Assembly (NCBI GenBank): GCA_963701965.1
Contig: OY969695.1
Span: 4,544,001 to 4,608,000, forward strand
Source of the DNA: an uncultured Gemmatimonadales bacterium
Lineage (GTDB): Bacteria; Gemmatimonadota; Gemmatimonadetes; Gemmatimonadales; Gemmatimonadaceae
Length of the DNA stretch: 64,000 nucleotides
Reading direction: 5' to 3'
Shown here: in pieces, positions 31,624 to 41,643 of the stretch
Numbering within the stretch: position 1 is the stretch's first letter
Layout of the letters: every line of letters starts with the position of its first letter
The notes under the pieces: model-generated
What the model was told of the DNA's origin: nothing
Database searches by the model: none
The model's input: the letters and a program-made list of their open reading frames with translations, nothing else
Made by a program: the position numbers and the translations under genes

Positions 31624-33262
31624 GTCGGTCCGCGCGCCGCGCGGGACGACCATCACGTGCCGCGGCTGGCAACAGGAAGCCGCGATGCGGATGCTCATGA
31701 ACAATCTCGATCCCGATGTCGCCGAACGCCCCGAGGACCTCGTGGTGTACGGCGGAACGGGCAAGGCAGTCCGCAACTGGGCCGCGTTCGACCGCACGGT
31801 GGAAACGCTGCGGCGCCTGGGCGACGACGAGACGTTGATCATGCAGAGCGGGAAACCGGTGGCCGTCTTTCGGACGCATCCGGGCGCACCACGGGTGTTG
31901 ATCGCCAACAGCAACCTGGTCCCGCGCTGGGCGAACTGGGAAGAATTCCGGCGCCTCGAAGCGCTCGGCCTCACGATGTACGGCCAGATGACCGCGGGCT
32001 CGTGGATCTACATTGGGTCGCAAGGCATCGTCCAAGGCACGTACGAGACGTTCGGCGCCGTCGCGGCGCGACACTTCGGCGGCTCACTCAGTGGTCGGTT
32101 TGTGCTCACCGCCGGCCTCGGCGGCATGGGCGGCGCCCAACCATTGGCCGCGACGATGCAAGGCGCCGCGGTGTTGGCGGTCGAAGTCGATTCCGCGCGG
32201 ATCGAGAAACGCATCGCGACGCGGTACTGCGACCGGTTCACCACGGACCTGGATCAGGCGCTGGAATGGGTGAATGGCGCCCGCGCCTCCGGCGCGGCGC
32301 TCTCGGTCGGCCTCGTCGGCAATGCCGCGGATGTCTTACCGGAACTGGTGAAGCGGGGCGTGACGCCTGACGTGCTCACGGACCAGACGAGCGCGCACGA
32401 CATGTTGAACGGCTATGTGCCCGCGGGGATGCCGCTGGATGCGGCCGCGGCGCTCCGCGCGGCGGACCCGCGAGAATATGTCCGGCGCTCGACGGCGGCG
32501 GCGGCCGTTCATGTCGGCGCGATGCTGGAGATGCGCCGGCGCGGCGCGATCACGTTCGACTATGGCAACAACCTGAGAACCGTCGCGTTCGACGCGGGCG
32601 TCCGCGATGCGTTCGAGATCCCGGGTTTCGTGCCGGAATACGTGCGGCCGCTGTTCTGTCAGGGGAAGGGACCGTTCCGTTGGGTCGCCCTGTCGGGCGA
32701 CCCGCGCGACATTTATCGGACCGATGCCCTGGCGCTCGAATTGTTCCCGCACGACGAGCACCTGCGCCGCTGGCTGACGCTGGCGCGGGAGCGCATCCAG
32801 TTTCAAGGGCTTCCGGCCCGGATTTGCTGGCTGGGCCAGGGTGACCGGGCGCGATTTGGCGTGGCGATGAACGAACTGGTGGCCCGGGGCGAGATCTCGG
32901 CCCCCATCGTCATTGGTCGCGATCATCTCGACACGGGGAGCGTGGCATTGCCGTTCCGCGAGACCGAGGCGATGAAGGATGGGAGCGACGCGATCGCCGA
33001 CTGGGCCATTCTCAATGCGCTGCTCAACGTCGCCAGCGGGGCGTCGTGGGTGTCGTTCCACCATGGCGGCGGCGTCGGGATCGGCAATTCGCTGCACGCG
33101 GGCCAGGTGATCGTGGCCGACGGCACGCCGGCGATGGCGGAACGCCTGGCCCGCGTGCTCACCAACGATCCGGGCATCGGTGTCGCCCGGCATGCCGACG
33201 CCGGATACGAGATCGCGCGCGAGACGGCGGTGGCGCACCGGATCGATCTCCCGATGGAGTGA
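31604..33262 (+). CDS. hutU: Urocanate hydratase
   Basis: [50 protein letters not shown]. Confidence 0.97.
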   Translation: MTTLAPESVRAPRGTTITCRGWQQEAAMRMLMNNLDPDVAERPEDLVVYGGTGKAVRNWAAFDRTVETLRRLGDDETLIMQSGKPVAVFRTHPGAPRVLIANSNLVPRWANWEEFRRLEALGLTMYGQMTAGSWIYIGSQGIVQGTYETFGAVAARHFGGSLSGRFVLTAGLGGMGGAQPLAATMQGAAVLAVEVDSARIEKRIATRYCDRFTTDLDQALEWVNGARASGAALSVGLVGNAADVLPELVKRGVTPDVLTDQTSAHDMLNGYVPAGMPLDAAAALRAADPREYVRRSTAAAAVHVGAMLEMRRRGAITFDYGNNLRTVAFDAGVRDAFEIPGFVPEYVRPLFCQGKGPFRWVALSGDPRDIYRTDALALELFPHDEHLRRWLTLARERIQFQGLPARICWLGQGDRARFGVAMNELVARGEISAPIVIGRDHLDTGSVALPFRETEAMKDGSDAIADWAILNALLNVASGASWVSFHHGGGVGIGNSLHAGQVIVADGTPAMAERLARVLTNDPGIGVARHADAGYEIARETAVAHRIDLPME

Positions 33263-33263
33263 C

Positions 33264-34235
33264 GTGCTGTCCGCACGCTTCAAGCCATGGGACGTCCCCG
33301 TTTTCCTCGCCAAGCACGCGTGGTTGACGGCCCGGCGCCGGCCGGTGCTCGTGAACTTCGAGGTCACGCTCCGCTGTAACGCGCGCTGCGGTTTCTGTGA
33401 CTACTGGAAGACACCGGCGGCCGCGCGCAAAGACGAGACCCGGTCGTTCGCCGATGCGGCCCGGTTCTTCAACCCGCTCATGATCGCCTTCACGGGCGGC
33501 GAACCGTTGCTGCGCCGCGATCTCGAGGATCTGGTGGCGGCGGTCACGCGCGCCGTGCGCGTCAAGTACACGACGATCCTGACCCACGGCGGCCTGCTGT
33601 CGGTCGACCGCGCGCGGTCGCTGTGGGACGCCGGCATCAATCAATTCAACATCTCGCTCGACTTTCTGGACGGACGCCACGACGCGGCGCGGGGGATTCC
33701 GGGTCTCACCGACCGGATCCTGTCGACCGTGCCCCGGATGCGCGAAGCGGGGATCGACAGCATTCGGTTCAATACGGTCATCCGCGACGACAACCTCGAT
33801 CAGCTCCTGCCGATCGTGGACCGCGCCGCGGCGATGGGCGCCGGCGTGAATTTCTCCACGTATACGGCCTTCAAGAACGGCAATGCGGATCCGGTCCCCT
33901 CCGCCCAGCGCTTGCGGCAGCTCGACGCGACGATCGCCCAGCTGCTCGCTTACAAGCGCCGCCGCCGCGGGGTGATCACGAGCTCCGACTACTACCTGGC
34001 GCAGATCCCGCGCTACGTGCGCGGCGAGCAGCGCGCGCCGTGCCAATCCGGGCTCCGCACGATTCACCTCGATCCCACCGGTCGGGTGAAACGGTGCCCG
34101 GATTTCCCGACGGATTTTCACTGGAAAGACTTCCAGACCTATCAACCGATCGCCTGCAACGCCTGCTGGTACGCCTGCCGGGGCGAGGCCCAGGCACCGG
34201 TCGGTCTCTCCCGGGTCCGGGACGTGTTGGCGTGA
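33264..34235 (+). CDS. Radical SAM protein with C-terminal Twitch/SPASM-like Cys cluster
   Basis: CNARCGFC (CxxxCxxC), FTGGEPLLR, ISLD; C-terminal CQSG...KRC...CNACWYAC. Confidence 0.9.
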   Translation: MLSARFKPWDVPVFLAKHAWLTARRRPVLVNFEVTLRCNARCGFCDYWKTPAAARKDETRSFADAARFFNPLMIAFTGGEPLLRRDLEDLVAAVTRAVRVKYTTILTHGGLLSVDRARSLWDAGINQFNISLDFLDGRHDAARGIPGLTDRILSTVPRMREAGIDSIRFNTVIRDDNLDQLLPIVDRAAAMGAGVNFSTYTAFKNGNADPVPSAQRLRQLDATIAQLLAYKRRRRGVITSSDYYLAQIPRYVRGEQRAPCQSGLRTIHLDPTGRVKRCPDFPTDFHWKDFQTYQPIACNACWYACRGEAQAPVGLSRVRDVLA

Positions 34236-35506
34236 CCGGCGACCTCCTGTTCGTCGATGCCGCGCAGGTGGTCACCTGCGCCGGGCCGGCCCGGGCGCGC
34301 CGGGGTCGCGAGATGGCGGCGCTCGGCGTCGAGACGGGAACGGCCGTGGCCGTGAGCGGCGGCCGCGTCGACGCCGTGGGACCGCAGCCGGATCTCGCGC
34401 GCCGCTATCCCGATGCCGAGCGGGTGTCCTGTCGGGGAGGGCTGCTGGCTCCGGGTTGGGTGGACTCGCACACCCACGCGATTTTTGGGCGCCCGCGGTC
34501 CGATGAGCAGGAAATGCGGGCGGCCGGGGCGGACTACCTGGAGATCGCCCGCCGGGGCGGAGGGATTCATGCCTCGGTGCGGGATCTGCGATCGCGCTCC
34601 GACGACGAGCTGTTCGCCTTGGCGCTCAAGCGTTTGCGCCGCCTGGCGTCCTACGGCACGACGACGGTCGAGGTGAAGTCCGGCTACGGTCTCACGGTCG
34701 AGGATGAGCTCCGAACGCTGCGGGTGATCGAGCGGCTCGCCCGGGCGCTGCCTCTCCGTCTCATCCCGACCTGGCTGGGCGCGCACGAGATTCCCCTGGA
34801 GTTCCGGACTTCCGCCAGCGGCCGTAACACCTATGTGGGCCTGCTCGTCAACGAGATGCTCCCACGCGTGGTCGGGGAGGGTCTCGCGCGGTTCGCGGAT
34901 GTCTTCTGCGAGCCGGGCGTATTCACCGTCGACGAAAGTCGCACCATCCTGACGGCGGCGCGTGGCGCGGGACTCGCGATCAAGCTCCATGCCGACGAGC
35001 TGCGATCGGGCGGCGGCGCGGAGTTGGCGGCGGAGTTGGGGGCCACGTCCGCCGACCACTTGGCGGCGATCTCCCCCGCGGGAGTGGCGGCGCTGGCCCG
35101 GGCGAACACGGTCGCCACGCTGTTGCCGGGCACGATGTTGTTTTTGGGAAAGCGGTCGCACGCTCCGGCGCGCGATTTGATCGAGGCTGGCGTGGCGGTC
35201 GCGCTGGCGACGGACTTCAATCCGGGAACATCACCGACGCCGAACCTGCCGTTGATCTTGACGCTCGCGGTCAGCCAACTGCACCTGAGCGTGGCTGAAG
35301 CGTTCATTGCGGGCACCGTGAATGGCGCGGCGGCCTTGAATGTCGCGGATCACGTGGGACAGCTGGCGCCGGGGTTCTCCGCGGACCTGGCGTTGTACGA
35401 TGTGGATGACGTACGCGAGCTGCCGTACTGGTATGGCGACCGGCGCTGCCTGGCCTCGTGGGTGCGAGGCAACGCTTGTCACCAATTTGACTTAAGTCTA
35501 GGTTAA
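34232..35506 (+). CDS. hutI: Imidazolonepropionase
   Basis: VDSHTH, GTTTVEVKSGYGL, DVFCE, KLHADE, SADHL, ATDFNPG. Confidence 0.96.
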   Translation: MTGDLLFVDAAQVVTCAGPARARRGREMAALGVETGTAVAVSGGRVDAVGPQPDLARRYPDAERVSCRGGLLAPGWVDSHTHAIFGRPRSDEQEMRAAGADYLEIARRGGGIHASVRDLRSRSDDELFALALKRLRRLASYGTTTVEVKSGYGLTVEDELRTLRVIERLARALPLRLIPTWLGAHEIPLEFRTSASGRNTYVGLLVNEMLPRVVGEGLARFADVFCEPGVFTVDESRTILTAARGAGLAIKLHADELRSGGGAELAAELGATSADHLAAISPAGVAALARANTVATLLPGTMLFLGKRSHAPARDLIEAGVAVALATDFNPGTSPTPNLPLILTLAVSQLHLSVAEAFIAGTVNGAAALNVADHVGQLAPGFSADLALYDVDDVRELPYWYGDRRCLASWVRGNACHQFDLSLG

Positions 35507-35539
35507 GCAGTCTATTCACCGCCCCCGCCACACGCGCCG

Positions 35540-38377
35540 ATGTCGAACGCTGCGAAACTCAAAAAGAAAGCTGCCGAGTTCGAGCAAAAGAAGCAGTTCG
35601 ACAAAGCGCTGCAGCTCTATATCCAGATTCTGGACGAGAGCGACGGTGACGATGAGGAAGCGGACGTCGCGCTGTATAATCGCGTGGGCGATCTGCTCAT
35701 GCGGCAGGGCAGCGTCGGCGATGCCGTCAACTACTACGAGAAGGCGGTCGATCTCTACGCCGAGAGCGGGTTTTTCAACAACGCGATCGCGCTCTGCAAC
35801 AAGATCCTGCGCCAGTCCCCCGGCCGCAACTCGATCTACTACAAGTTGGGGAAGATCAGCGCCAAGAAGGGGTTCATCAGCGACGCCAAGCAGAATTTCC
35901 TCGAGTACGCCGACCGCATGCAGAAGGCCGGTCAGCTGGACGAGGCGTTCCGCGCGCTGAAGGAGTTCGCGGACCTCTGCCCGGATCAGGATGACATCCG
36001 GCTGATGCTCGCCGAGCAGCTCTCGAAAAAGGATCGCAAGGGCGAGGCGATCGAGCAGCTCCAGCACCTCTACGAGAAGTTCACGGCCGAGGGGCGGGGC
36101 GCCGAGGCGCGCGCCACAGTAGACCGCATGAAGGCGATCGACCCGTCGGTCGAGCCAAAGACCGGCGGCGCCAATCGGCGCGAGAAGTCGAGCGACCTGA
36201 TTTTCATCGACCTGTCGGACAGCGCGCCGGCCAAGGCGGCCGACCGCGAGCCGTCACGGAAGACGGTCAAGCTGCCCGTATCGGCGGAAGTCGACGCGCT
36301 GGATGATCTTCCGTTGTTGGACACGAACGACGCGGGCGAGGACGACTTGCTGCCGTTGCCGCCGCTCGACGAGGCCGATCTGGAACCGCTCGACGTCGCC
36401 GAGGTCTCCGGCCTGGAGACGATGGCGGAATTCTCGGCCGAAGCGGTGGAGGCTGGCACCATCAGCGGTTTCGAGCAGACGGTCCTCGATGACGAAACCG
36501 GCGCCGCGGACACCGACACGGCGGAGCCCTCCGAAGCCACGGCCGCCGACGAAAGCGACGAAATCGACGGGGTCGACGACGTCGATGACCTGCTGCCCGA
36601 TCTCGAGCCGCCGCTCTCCGGGAGCGAATTCGCCGAGCTCGAGCTGGGTCCTCCGACGGACGAGCATCCCGACGCCCGCGCGCACACGCACGACCTGGCG
36701 CTACCCGGACGGCTGCCGTCGCTCGATGACCATGGTCCTGGCGCACTGTCGTTGACAGGGGAGATGGAGCTGATCATCCCCGAAGTCGACATTCCGCCGA
36801 TCCCGCCGCTCCGGCGGAAGTCGGGTCCGTCGGCGCGACCCGCACCGCTGGCCGCCCCACCACTGGCGCGGCCGCCCAACGGCGCGCTGGAAGTGGACTT
36901 TACGCCGGAAGTGGACGCCAGCGACATTGATGGCCGATCGGCGTCCGCCGCCTCGGCGCTCCCGCTCATCGACGGGGCAGACTCGCTCCGGCCGGCCACG
37001 CCGTCCGATGGCGATGCGGCGCAGACATGGTCGAACGGCGACGCGCCGGCCGAAGCCCTGGGCGAGCTGCCGATGCTCGACGACGAGACGCCAGCGGCGC
37101 CGGCGCCCGTCGCCGAGGAGCCGCCGCCCGTCGCCGAACCGGTCGTGTCCGATGATGATCTCATCGACGATGTGTTGTTGAACCTGGACAAGCCGTCGGC
37201 GCGACGGCCCTCCGGAGGACGCCGGGTCTCGGGAAGCAAGCGCGTGTCCGGCGGCTCCAAGCGGGTTTCCGGCGGCGGGAAGCGGGTGTCGGGTTCCGGC
37301 AAACGGATCTCGGGCTCGGGCAAGCGCATCGCCGCGCCGATGCGCCACTCGCAACCGGCGCCGACCCCTTCGGTCAACGACCTGCGCGAGCAGTCCGTCA
37401 GCGACGCGGACAACTGGACGCTGCGCCGGCAGCTGGCCGAGGCGTTGCTGGAGGATGGGGATCGCGCGGCGGGGTTGCAGGAGTTGGAAGCCGTCATGCT
37501 GGGCTTGGAGCATGCGCGCGACCTGGAAGGCGCGCGGTCCGTGGCCGACGAGATCATCCGGCTCGATCCCAACTCGGTGCGGCACCATCAGAAGCGCGTC
37601 GAGTATGCGTTCCGCGCCGCCGACAAACCGCGCTTGGCCGAGATGTACCTCGAGCTGGCCGACGCGCTCTTCCGCGCGGGGCACGCGGACAAGGCGCGGG
37701 CCGTCTATCAGCGCGTGCTGGAGCTGGCGCCCGATGACCTGCGCGCGCAGGCGGCCCTGAGCACGTTCGGACCGCCGGTCGAGGAGACGGACGAGGCGCT
37801 GGCGGTCGAGGAGAGCGCCATCGCGGTCGCCGAGTCGCCCGCCGACGGCGATTTCGTGAATCTCAGCGACTGGTTGCAGGAGGATGAGGCGCCGAAGTCG
37901 ACCCGTATGGTCGTCGATGAGGAGGCCCCGAGTGGCGATGAAGCGGCCGACTTCAACGACATGCTCCGGAAGTTCAAGCAGGGAGTCGCCGAGAATGTCG
38001 ACGACGAGGACTTCGAGAGTCACTACGATCTGGGCGTCGCGTACAAGGAGATGGGCCTGGTCGACGAAGCCATCGCGCAGTTCCAGAAAGCGCTGCGCGG
38101 CGCCAGGGGACGGGTGCGCACCTATGAGGCGCTCGGCCAATGTTTCCTGGAGAAGCAGCAGTTCCGCGTGGCGGCTACGATCCTGGGCCGCGCGCTGACC
38201 GAGCCGGGCGTCGCGGACGACCAACTGGTCGGCGTCCTCTACCTGCTGGGCTACGCGTCGGAGGCGTTACGGGCGCCGGCGGACGCGCTGATGTACTATC
38301 AGCGCGTGTTCGCCGTCGACATCCAATTCCGCGATGTGGCCGACCGCCTGGCGCGGTTGGAGAAAGTGGGGCGGTGA
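35540..38377 (+). CDS. Large TPR protein with acidic linker (SgmX/FimV-like architecture)
   Basis: N-terminal TPRs (NRVGDL...AVDLYAESGFFNNAIALCNKIL), long D/E/P/A-rich region, C-terminal TPRs starting HYDLGVAYKEMGLVDEAI. Confidence 0.8.
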   Translation: MSNAAKLKKKAAEFEQKKQFDKALQLYIQILDESDGDDEEADVALYNRVGDLLMRQGSVGDAVNYYEKAVDLYAESGFFNNAIALCNKILRQSPGRNSIYYKLGKISAKKGFISDAKQNFLEYADRMQKAGQLDEAFRALKEFADLCPDQDDIRLMLAEQLSKKDRKGEAIEQLQHLYEKFTAEGRGAEARATVDRMKAIDPSVEPKTGGANRREKSSDLIFIDLSDSAPAKAADREPSRKTVKLPVSAEVDALDDLPLLDTNDAGEDDLLPLPPLDEADLEPLDVAEVSGLETMAEFSAEAVEAGTISGFEQTVLDDETGAADTDTAEPSEATAADESDEIDGVDDVDDLLPDLEPPLSGSEFAELELGPPTDEHPDARAHTHDLALPGRLPSLDDHGPGALSLTGEMELIIPEVDIPPIPPLRRKSGPSARPAPLAAPPLARPPNGALEVDFTPEVDASDIDGRSASAASALPLIDGADSLRPATPSDGDAAQTWSNGDAPAEALGELPMLDDETPAAPAPVAEEPPPVAEPVVSDDDLIDDVLLNLDKPSARRPSGGRRVSGSKRVSGGSKRVSGGGKRVSGSGKRISGSGKRIAAPMRHSQPAPTPSVNDLREQSVSDADNWTLRRQLAEALLEDGDRAAGLQELEAVMLGLEHARDLEGARSVADEIIRLDPNSVRHHQKRVEYAFRAADKPRLAEMYLELADALFRAGHADKARAVYQRVLELAPDDLRAQAALSTFGPPVEETDEALAVEESAIAVAESPADGDFVNLSDWLQEDEAPKSTRMVVDEEAPSGDEAADFNDMLRKFKQGVAENVDDEDFESHYDLGVAYKEMGLVDEAIAQFQKALRGARGRVRTYEALGQCFLEKQQFRVAATILGRALTEPGVADDQLVGVLYLLGYASEALRAPADALMYYQRVFAVDIQFRDVADRLARLEKVGR
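37202..37333 (+). repeat. Intragenic degenerate 18-21-nt repeat encoding (R/K)R(P/V/I)SG units
   Basis: RRPSGG RRVSGS KRVSGGS KRVSGGG KRVSGSG KRISGSG KRIA. Confidence 0.9.
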
Positions 38378-39381
38378 GCAGCCGCGTCCATGCCCGGAGC
38401 GGCGGTGCCGCGCTCAGCGCGATCCAGTCGACGGTCCGCGATGATCTGCGCCAGGTCGAGGTCGAGCTCAAGCGCATCGTGGATGCGGACTCCCCGACGG
38501 TCTCGGCCGTCAGTGAGCACCTCCTTGGCATGAAAGGCAAGCTGTTCCGGCCGACCCTGGTGCTGTTGACGAGCGCGGTGGGCGACCATCCGGAGCGGCG
38601 GGCCCGGGCGACGAAGTTGGCGGCGGTGCTGGAGCTGATTCACGTCGCGACGCTGGTGCACGATGATGCGGTGGACCACTCGGTGTTGCGGCGCGGGATG
38701 CCGACGCTCAATGCGCTCCTGGGTTCCCAGATCTCGGTCATCGCCGGGGACTTTCTGTACTTGCGTGCCCTCAAGGAGCTGGCGCGTCTCGGGGATCTCG
38801 ACTCGTTGCGGGTCATCACCGACGCGTCGGACGAGATGACGCGCGGAGAGTTGGCCGCGCTGGTCCACGCCGATCCGTTGACGTTTGGGGAAGGGGACTA
38901 CGAGAGCTTGATCGAAGCCAAGACGGCGTCGCTGTTTCGCGCCGCCTGCGAGCTCGGGGCGCTCTGTGGCGCGCCGGAGTATCGCGAGGCGCTGGCGCGC
39001 TTCGGATCACGGCTGGGGATGGCGTTTCAAGTGACGGACGATCTACTCGACTACACAGCCAATGAGACGATCACCGGCAAACCAGCGGGGCTTGATCTGC
39101 GGGAGCATAAAATGACTCTGCCCCTCATCGCGGCGTTGCGCGATATGGGTCCGACCGCGCGGGATCGCGTCGAAGCGCTGTTCGCGGCCGAGGAGCCGGC
39201 GGATGTGGAGATTCAGGCGGTCGTCGAGATCGTGAGCGAGGTCGGTGGTCTCGATTACGCGCGGCGGCGGGGCGCCGAGTACGCCGCCGAGGCCGAGCAG
39301 TCGCTCGCCGCGCTGCCGGACACGCCCGCGCGCGCCGCGTTGTATGACGCGGTGAGCTATGTGACGGAGCGGAACTGGTGA
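38374..39381 (+). CDS. Polyprenyl diphosphate synthase (IspB/HepT-like)
   Basis: GKLFRP, LVHDDAVD..RRG, FQVTDDLLD, GKP.G.DLREHKMTLP. Confidence 0.93.
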   Translation: MSSRVHARSGGAALSAIQSTVRDDLRQVEVELKRIVDADSPTVSAVSEHLLGMKGKLFRPTLVLLTSAVGDHPERRARATKLAAVLELIHVATLVHDDAVDHSVLRRGMPTLNALLGSQISVIAGDFLYLRALKELARLGDLDSLRVITDASDEMTRGELAALVHADPLTFGEGDYESLIEAKTASLFRAACELGALCGAPEYREALARFGSRLGMAFQVTDDLLDYTANETITGKPAGLDLREHKMTLPLIAALRDMGPTARDRVEALFAAEEPADVEIQAVVEIVSEVGGLDYARRRGAEYAAEAEQSLAALPDTPARAALYDAVSYVTERNW

Positions 39382-39665
39382 TGCCGCCACGGACCGGATC
39401 GTCCCGGCATCGGCCGGCGTTTCACGCGATCGTGCTCGCCTGCGGATTCGTGGTCGGTGGATTCTTGACGCAGTTCGCGCGCAAGTTCCTGCCCGCGGGG
39501 GTGGTCAAGGAGCTCTTGACCACCGGCGTCACGCCCGCGCTCGGACCCCTCCGGATCGATCTGGTCATCCTCAACTTCCAGCTCGGACCGATCGCGCTCG
39601 ATGTCTCCCTGCTGAGCCTCATCGGCGTCCTGATCGCTTACCTGATCGCGCGCTCGCTGTTCTAG
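39381..39665 (+). CDS. Small two-TM membrane protein (DUF4321-like)
   Basis: Two hydrophobic segments with PLRIDLVIL...LSLIG. Confidence 0.6.
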   Translation: MPPRTGSSRHRPAFHAIVLACGFVVGGFLTQFARKFLPAGVVKELLTTGVTPALGPLRIDLVILNFQLGPIALDVSLLSLIGVLIAYLIARSLF

Positions 39666-39666
39666 C

Positions 39667-41502
39667 TCAGGTGGCCGTCGTGGTCTGCCGCGACGCCGCC
39701 TCGATGTCCTTCCGGTGGTCGTTGATCTTCGCCGTCTCGCGAAGGTCGGCCAGGTACTGCTGAACGGCTTGCTCGCGGAGCTGCTGCAGCAGCGTCTGCC
39801 GCTGGTTTTGCTTCTGCGCTTCCCACACCGTCTTGGGAGCCTCGACGCGCCGATCGACGCGAATGACGTACATGGCGTCGTTCGTGGCGATCGGCTGGCT
39901 GACCGCGTTCACCGGCAGCGCGAACGCCGCGCCGACGACCTCGTTCATCCGCCCGATATCGGGCACGAATGCGGTCCGGGTGAACGGGGCGCTCTTGATG
40001 ACGGAGAGCCCGGCGGTCTTCGCCTGCGCTTCGAGCGACGTGCCCGCGGCGCCATTGGCGAACGCTTGCGCCCGCGCCCGCAGCTGATCGATGGCGGCCT
40101 GCTTGGCGAGGATCTTCTTGATGCCCGGCGCCGCGGCCGCGAACGTCGGCGTGCCGCCCGGTGTCAGGGAGTCGAGGCGGGCGAGATAGTACGCGTCGTC
40201 TCCGTCGAACAGCTCCGACGACTCGCCCACGGTCGCGCCGCCGAACGCCCAGGTGCCCACGCTCGGGACCTGGCGCCCGTTCATGACCAGCGGCTCGTCC
40301 TCGTTGACGTGCAACCGTACGGCGGGGAGCCCGAAAGCCTTGGCCGCCTTGTCGAACTGCGCCGCCACTTCCGCGTGGCCCGCCATCTTGTCGAGCGAGT
40401 CCGCCACCCGGTTCGTCCGCGCGGCGGCCGAGTCACTCTGCTGGATGCGGAGCAAGATATGCCGGACGGTGATCGAGTCCCCTTTCTTCGTGTCGACGCG
40501 AATCAGGTGGTATCCGTAGGGCGAGAGCACCGGCTGTGAGAGCTCCCCCGGCTTGAGCGCGAAGGCGGCGCTGTCGAACTGGGGCACGAACCGCCCGCGG
40601 ACGACCGTACCCAGCAACCCGCCTTGCTGCGCCGAGCCCGAGTCCGACGACTCGCGCTTGGCGACGTCTTCGAACTTCCCCCCTTTCGCGATCTCATCCC
40701 GCAGCGCCAGGAGATGCGCCCGCGTCGCCGCCGTGTCCGCGGCGGTCACCATCCGCGGCAGCACGAGCACGGAGACCGAAGCCCGGCCCTTCTTGGTGAG
40801 ATCCTTCTTATGGGAGTCGTAGTAGGCCCGAGCCGCCTGGTCCGAGATGTGGATGCTCGAATCCGGCACTTCGTCCGGATGCCACGCCACGTAGGAGATC
40901 TGGGAGGAGTCGTGCGTGTCCCGCCAGTAACTCCAGAGTTGCGCATCGGTCACGTAGATCGAGCTGGCCACCTGCTCGAACAGCTTTTCTTTGGGGATCT
41001 GATCCCGATACATGGCCTCGAGTTGCAACAGCAGGCCTGATTGGCGCGCTTGCGGGCTGGTCAAGTACCGTTGGTACTTCTCGGGGTCGAACCGGCCGTC
41101 GGTCTGCAGCTCCGGCGCCTGCATGAACGCCGGAGGCGGATTCGACTCCGCCGCCTCCTGGATCTCGGCATCCGACACATTGATGCCCCGGCGCGAGAAC
41201 TCATCGGACAGCAGAATGTCGGAGACCATCTCGTCGAACGTCTGCTCATTGACGGCTTTCTGCTCATCGAGCGTGAGGGCGCGCCCCAAACGTTGCTGCG
41301 CGTCCTGCTCGCGACGCTGCGTGGCGTTGAGCCACTGTGTCAGCAGGATGTCGTGGCCGTTGACGGTGGCGACGACGGTCGAGGCCGTGTTCGGCGCCTT
41401 GCCCGAGAGCCCGGAAGTCTGATAGAAAAGAAAGACACCAACGAAAGCGGCCGCGACGAAAAACCATATGTATTTCGCGTTGGCCCGCATCTTTGACAGC
41501 AC
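39667..41502 (-). CDS. Membrane-anchored peptidyl-prolyl isomerase (PpiD/SurA-type parvulin)
   Basis: MLSKMR + TM, VATVNG, FEDVAKRESSD...GGLLG...FVPQF...SPYGYHLI; AAGGGAG upstream. Confidence 0.9.
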   Translation of the reverse strand: MLSKMRANAKYIWFFVAAAFVGVFLFYQTSGLSGKAPNTASTVVATVNGHDILLTQWLNATQRREQDAQQRLGRALTLDEQKAVNEQTFDEMVSDILLSDEFSRRGINVSDAEIQEAAESNPPPAFMQAPELQTDGRFDPEKYQRYLTSPQARQSGLLLQLEAMYRDQIPKEKLFEQVASSIYVTDAQLWSYWRDTHDSSQISYVAWHPDEVPDSSIHISDQAARAYYDSHKKDLTKKGRASVSVLVLPRMVTAADTAATRAHLLALRDEIAKGGKFEDVAKRESSDSGSAQQGGLLGTVVRGRFVPQFDSAAFALKPGELSQPVLSPYGYHLIRVDTKKGDSITVRHILLRIQQSDSAAARTNRVADSLDKMAGHAEVAAQFDKAAKAFGLPAVRLHVNEDEPLVMNGRQVPSVGTWAFGGATVGESSELFDGDDAYYLARLDSLTPGGTPTFAAAAPGIKKILAKQAAIDQLRARAQAFANGAAGTSLEAQAKTAGLSVIKSAPFTRTAFVPDIGRMNEVVGAAFALPVNAVSQPIATNDAMYVIRVDRRVEAPKTVWEAQKQNQRQTLLQQLREQAVQQYLADLRETAKINDHRKDIEAASRQTTTAT

Positions 41503-41541
41503 GTGTGCGTCGCTCCCTTATGGTATTTACGGTAGATCGGC

Positions 41542-41620
41542 AAGCTAGGGCGCGGCGTTGGCTAAGGTCAAGAGAGAGTGTCACTTCTGATTGACTTCGC
41601 TCGTCAGCAAGGTGTATCTT
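41542..41620. promoter_or_regulatory. Divergent sigma70-type promoter pair
   Basis: Minus strand TTGACC(41571-66)-18-TAGCTT(41547-42); plus strand TTGACT(41591)-18-TATCTT(41615). Confidence 0.6.
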
Positions 41621-41643
41621 CGACGTCCTTACCGAGGGCCCTG

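Noticed and set aside
35489..35498. GACTTAAGTC palindrome at the hutI end as an operator
   Set aside because: Single 10-bp palindrome in an AT-rich promoter-like patch, with no second copy seen.
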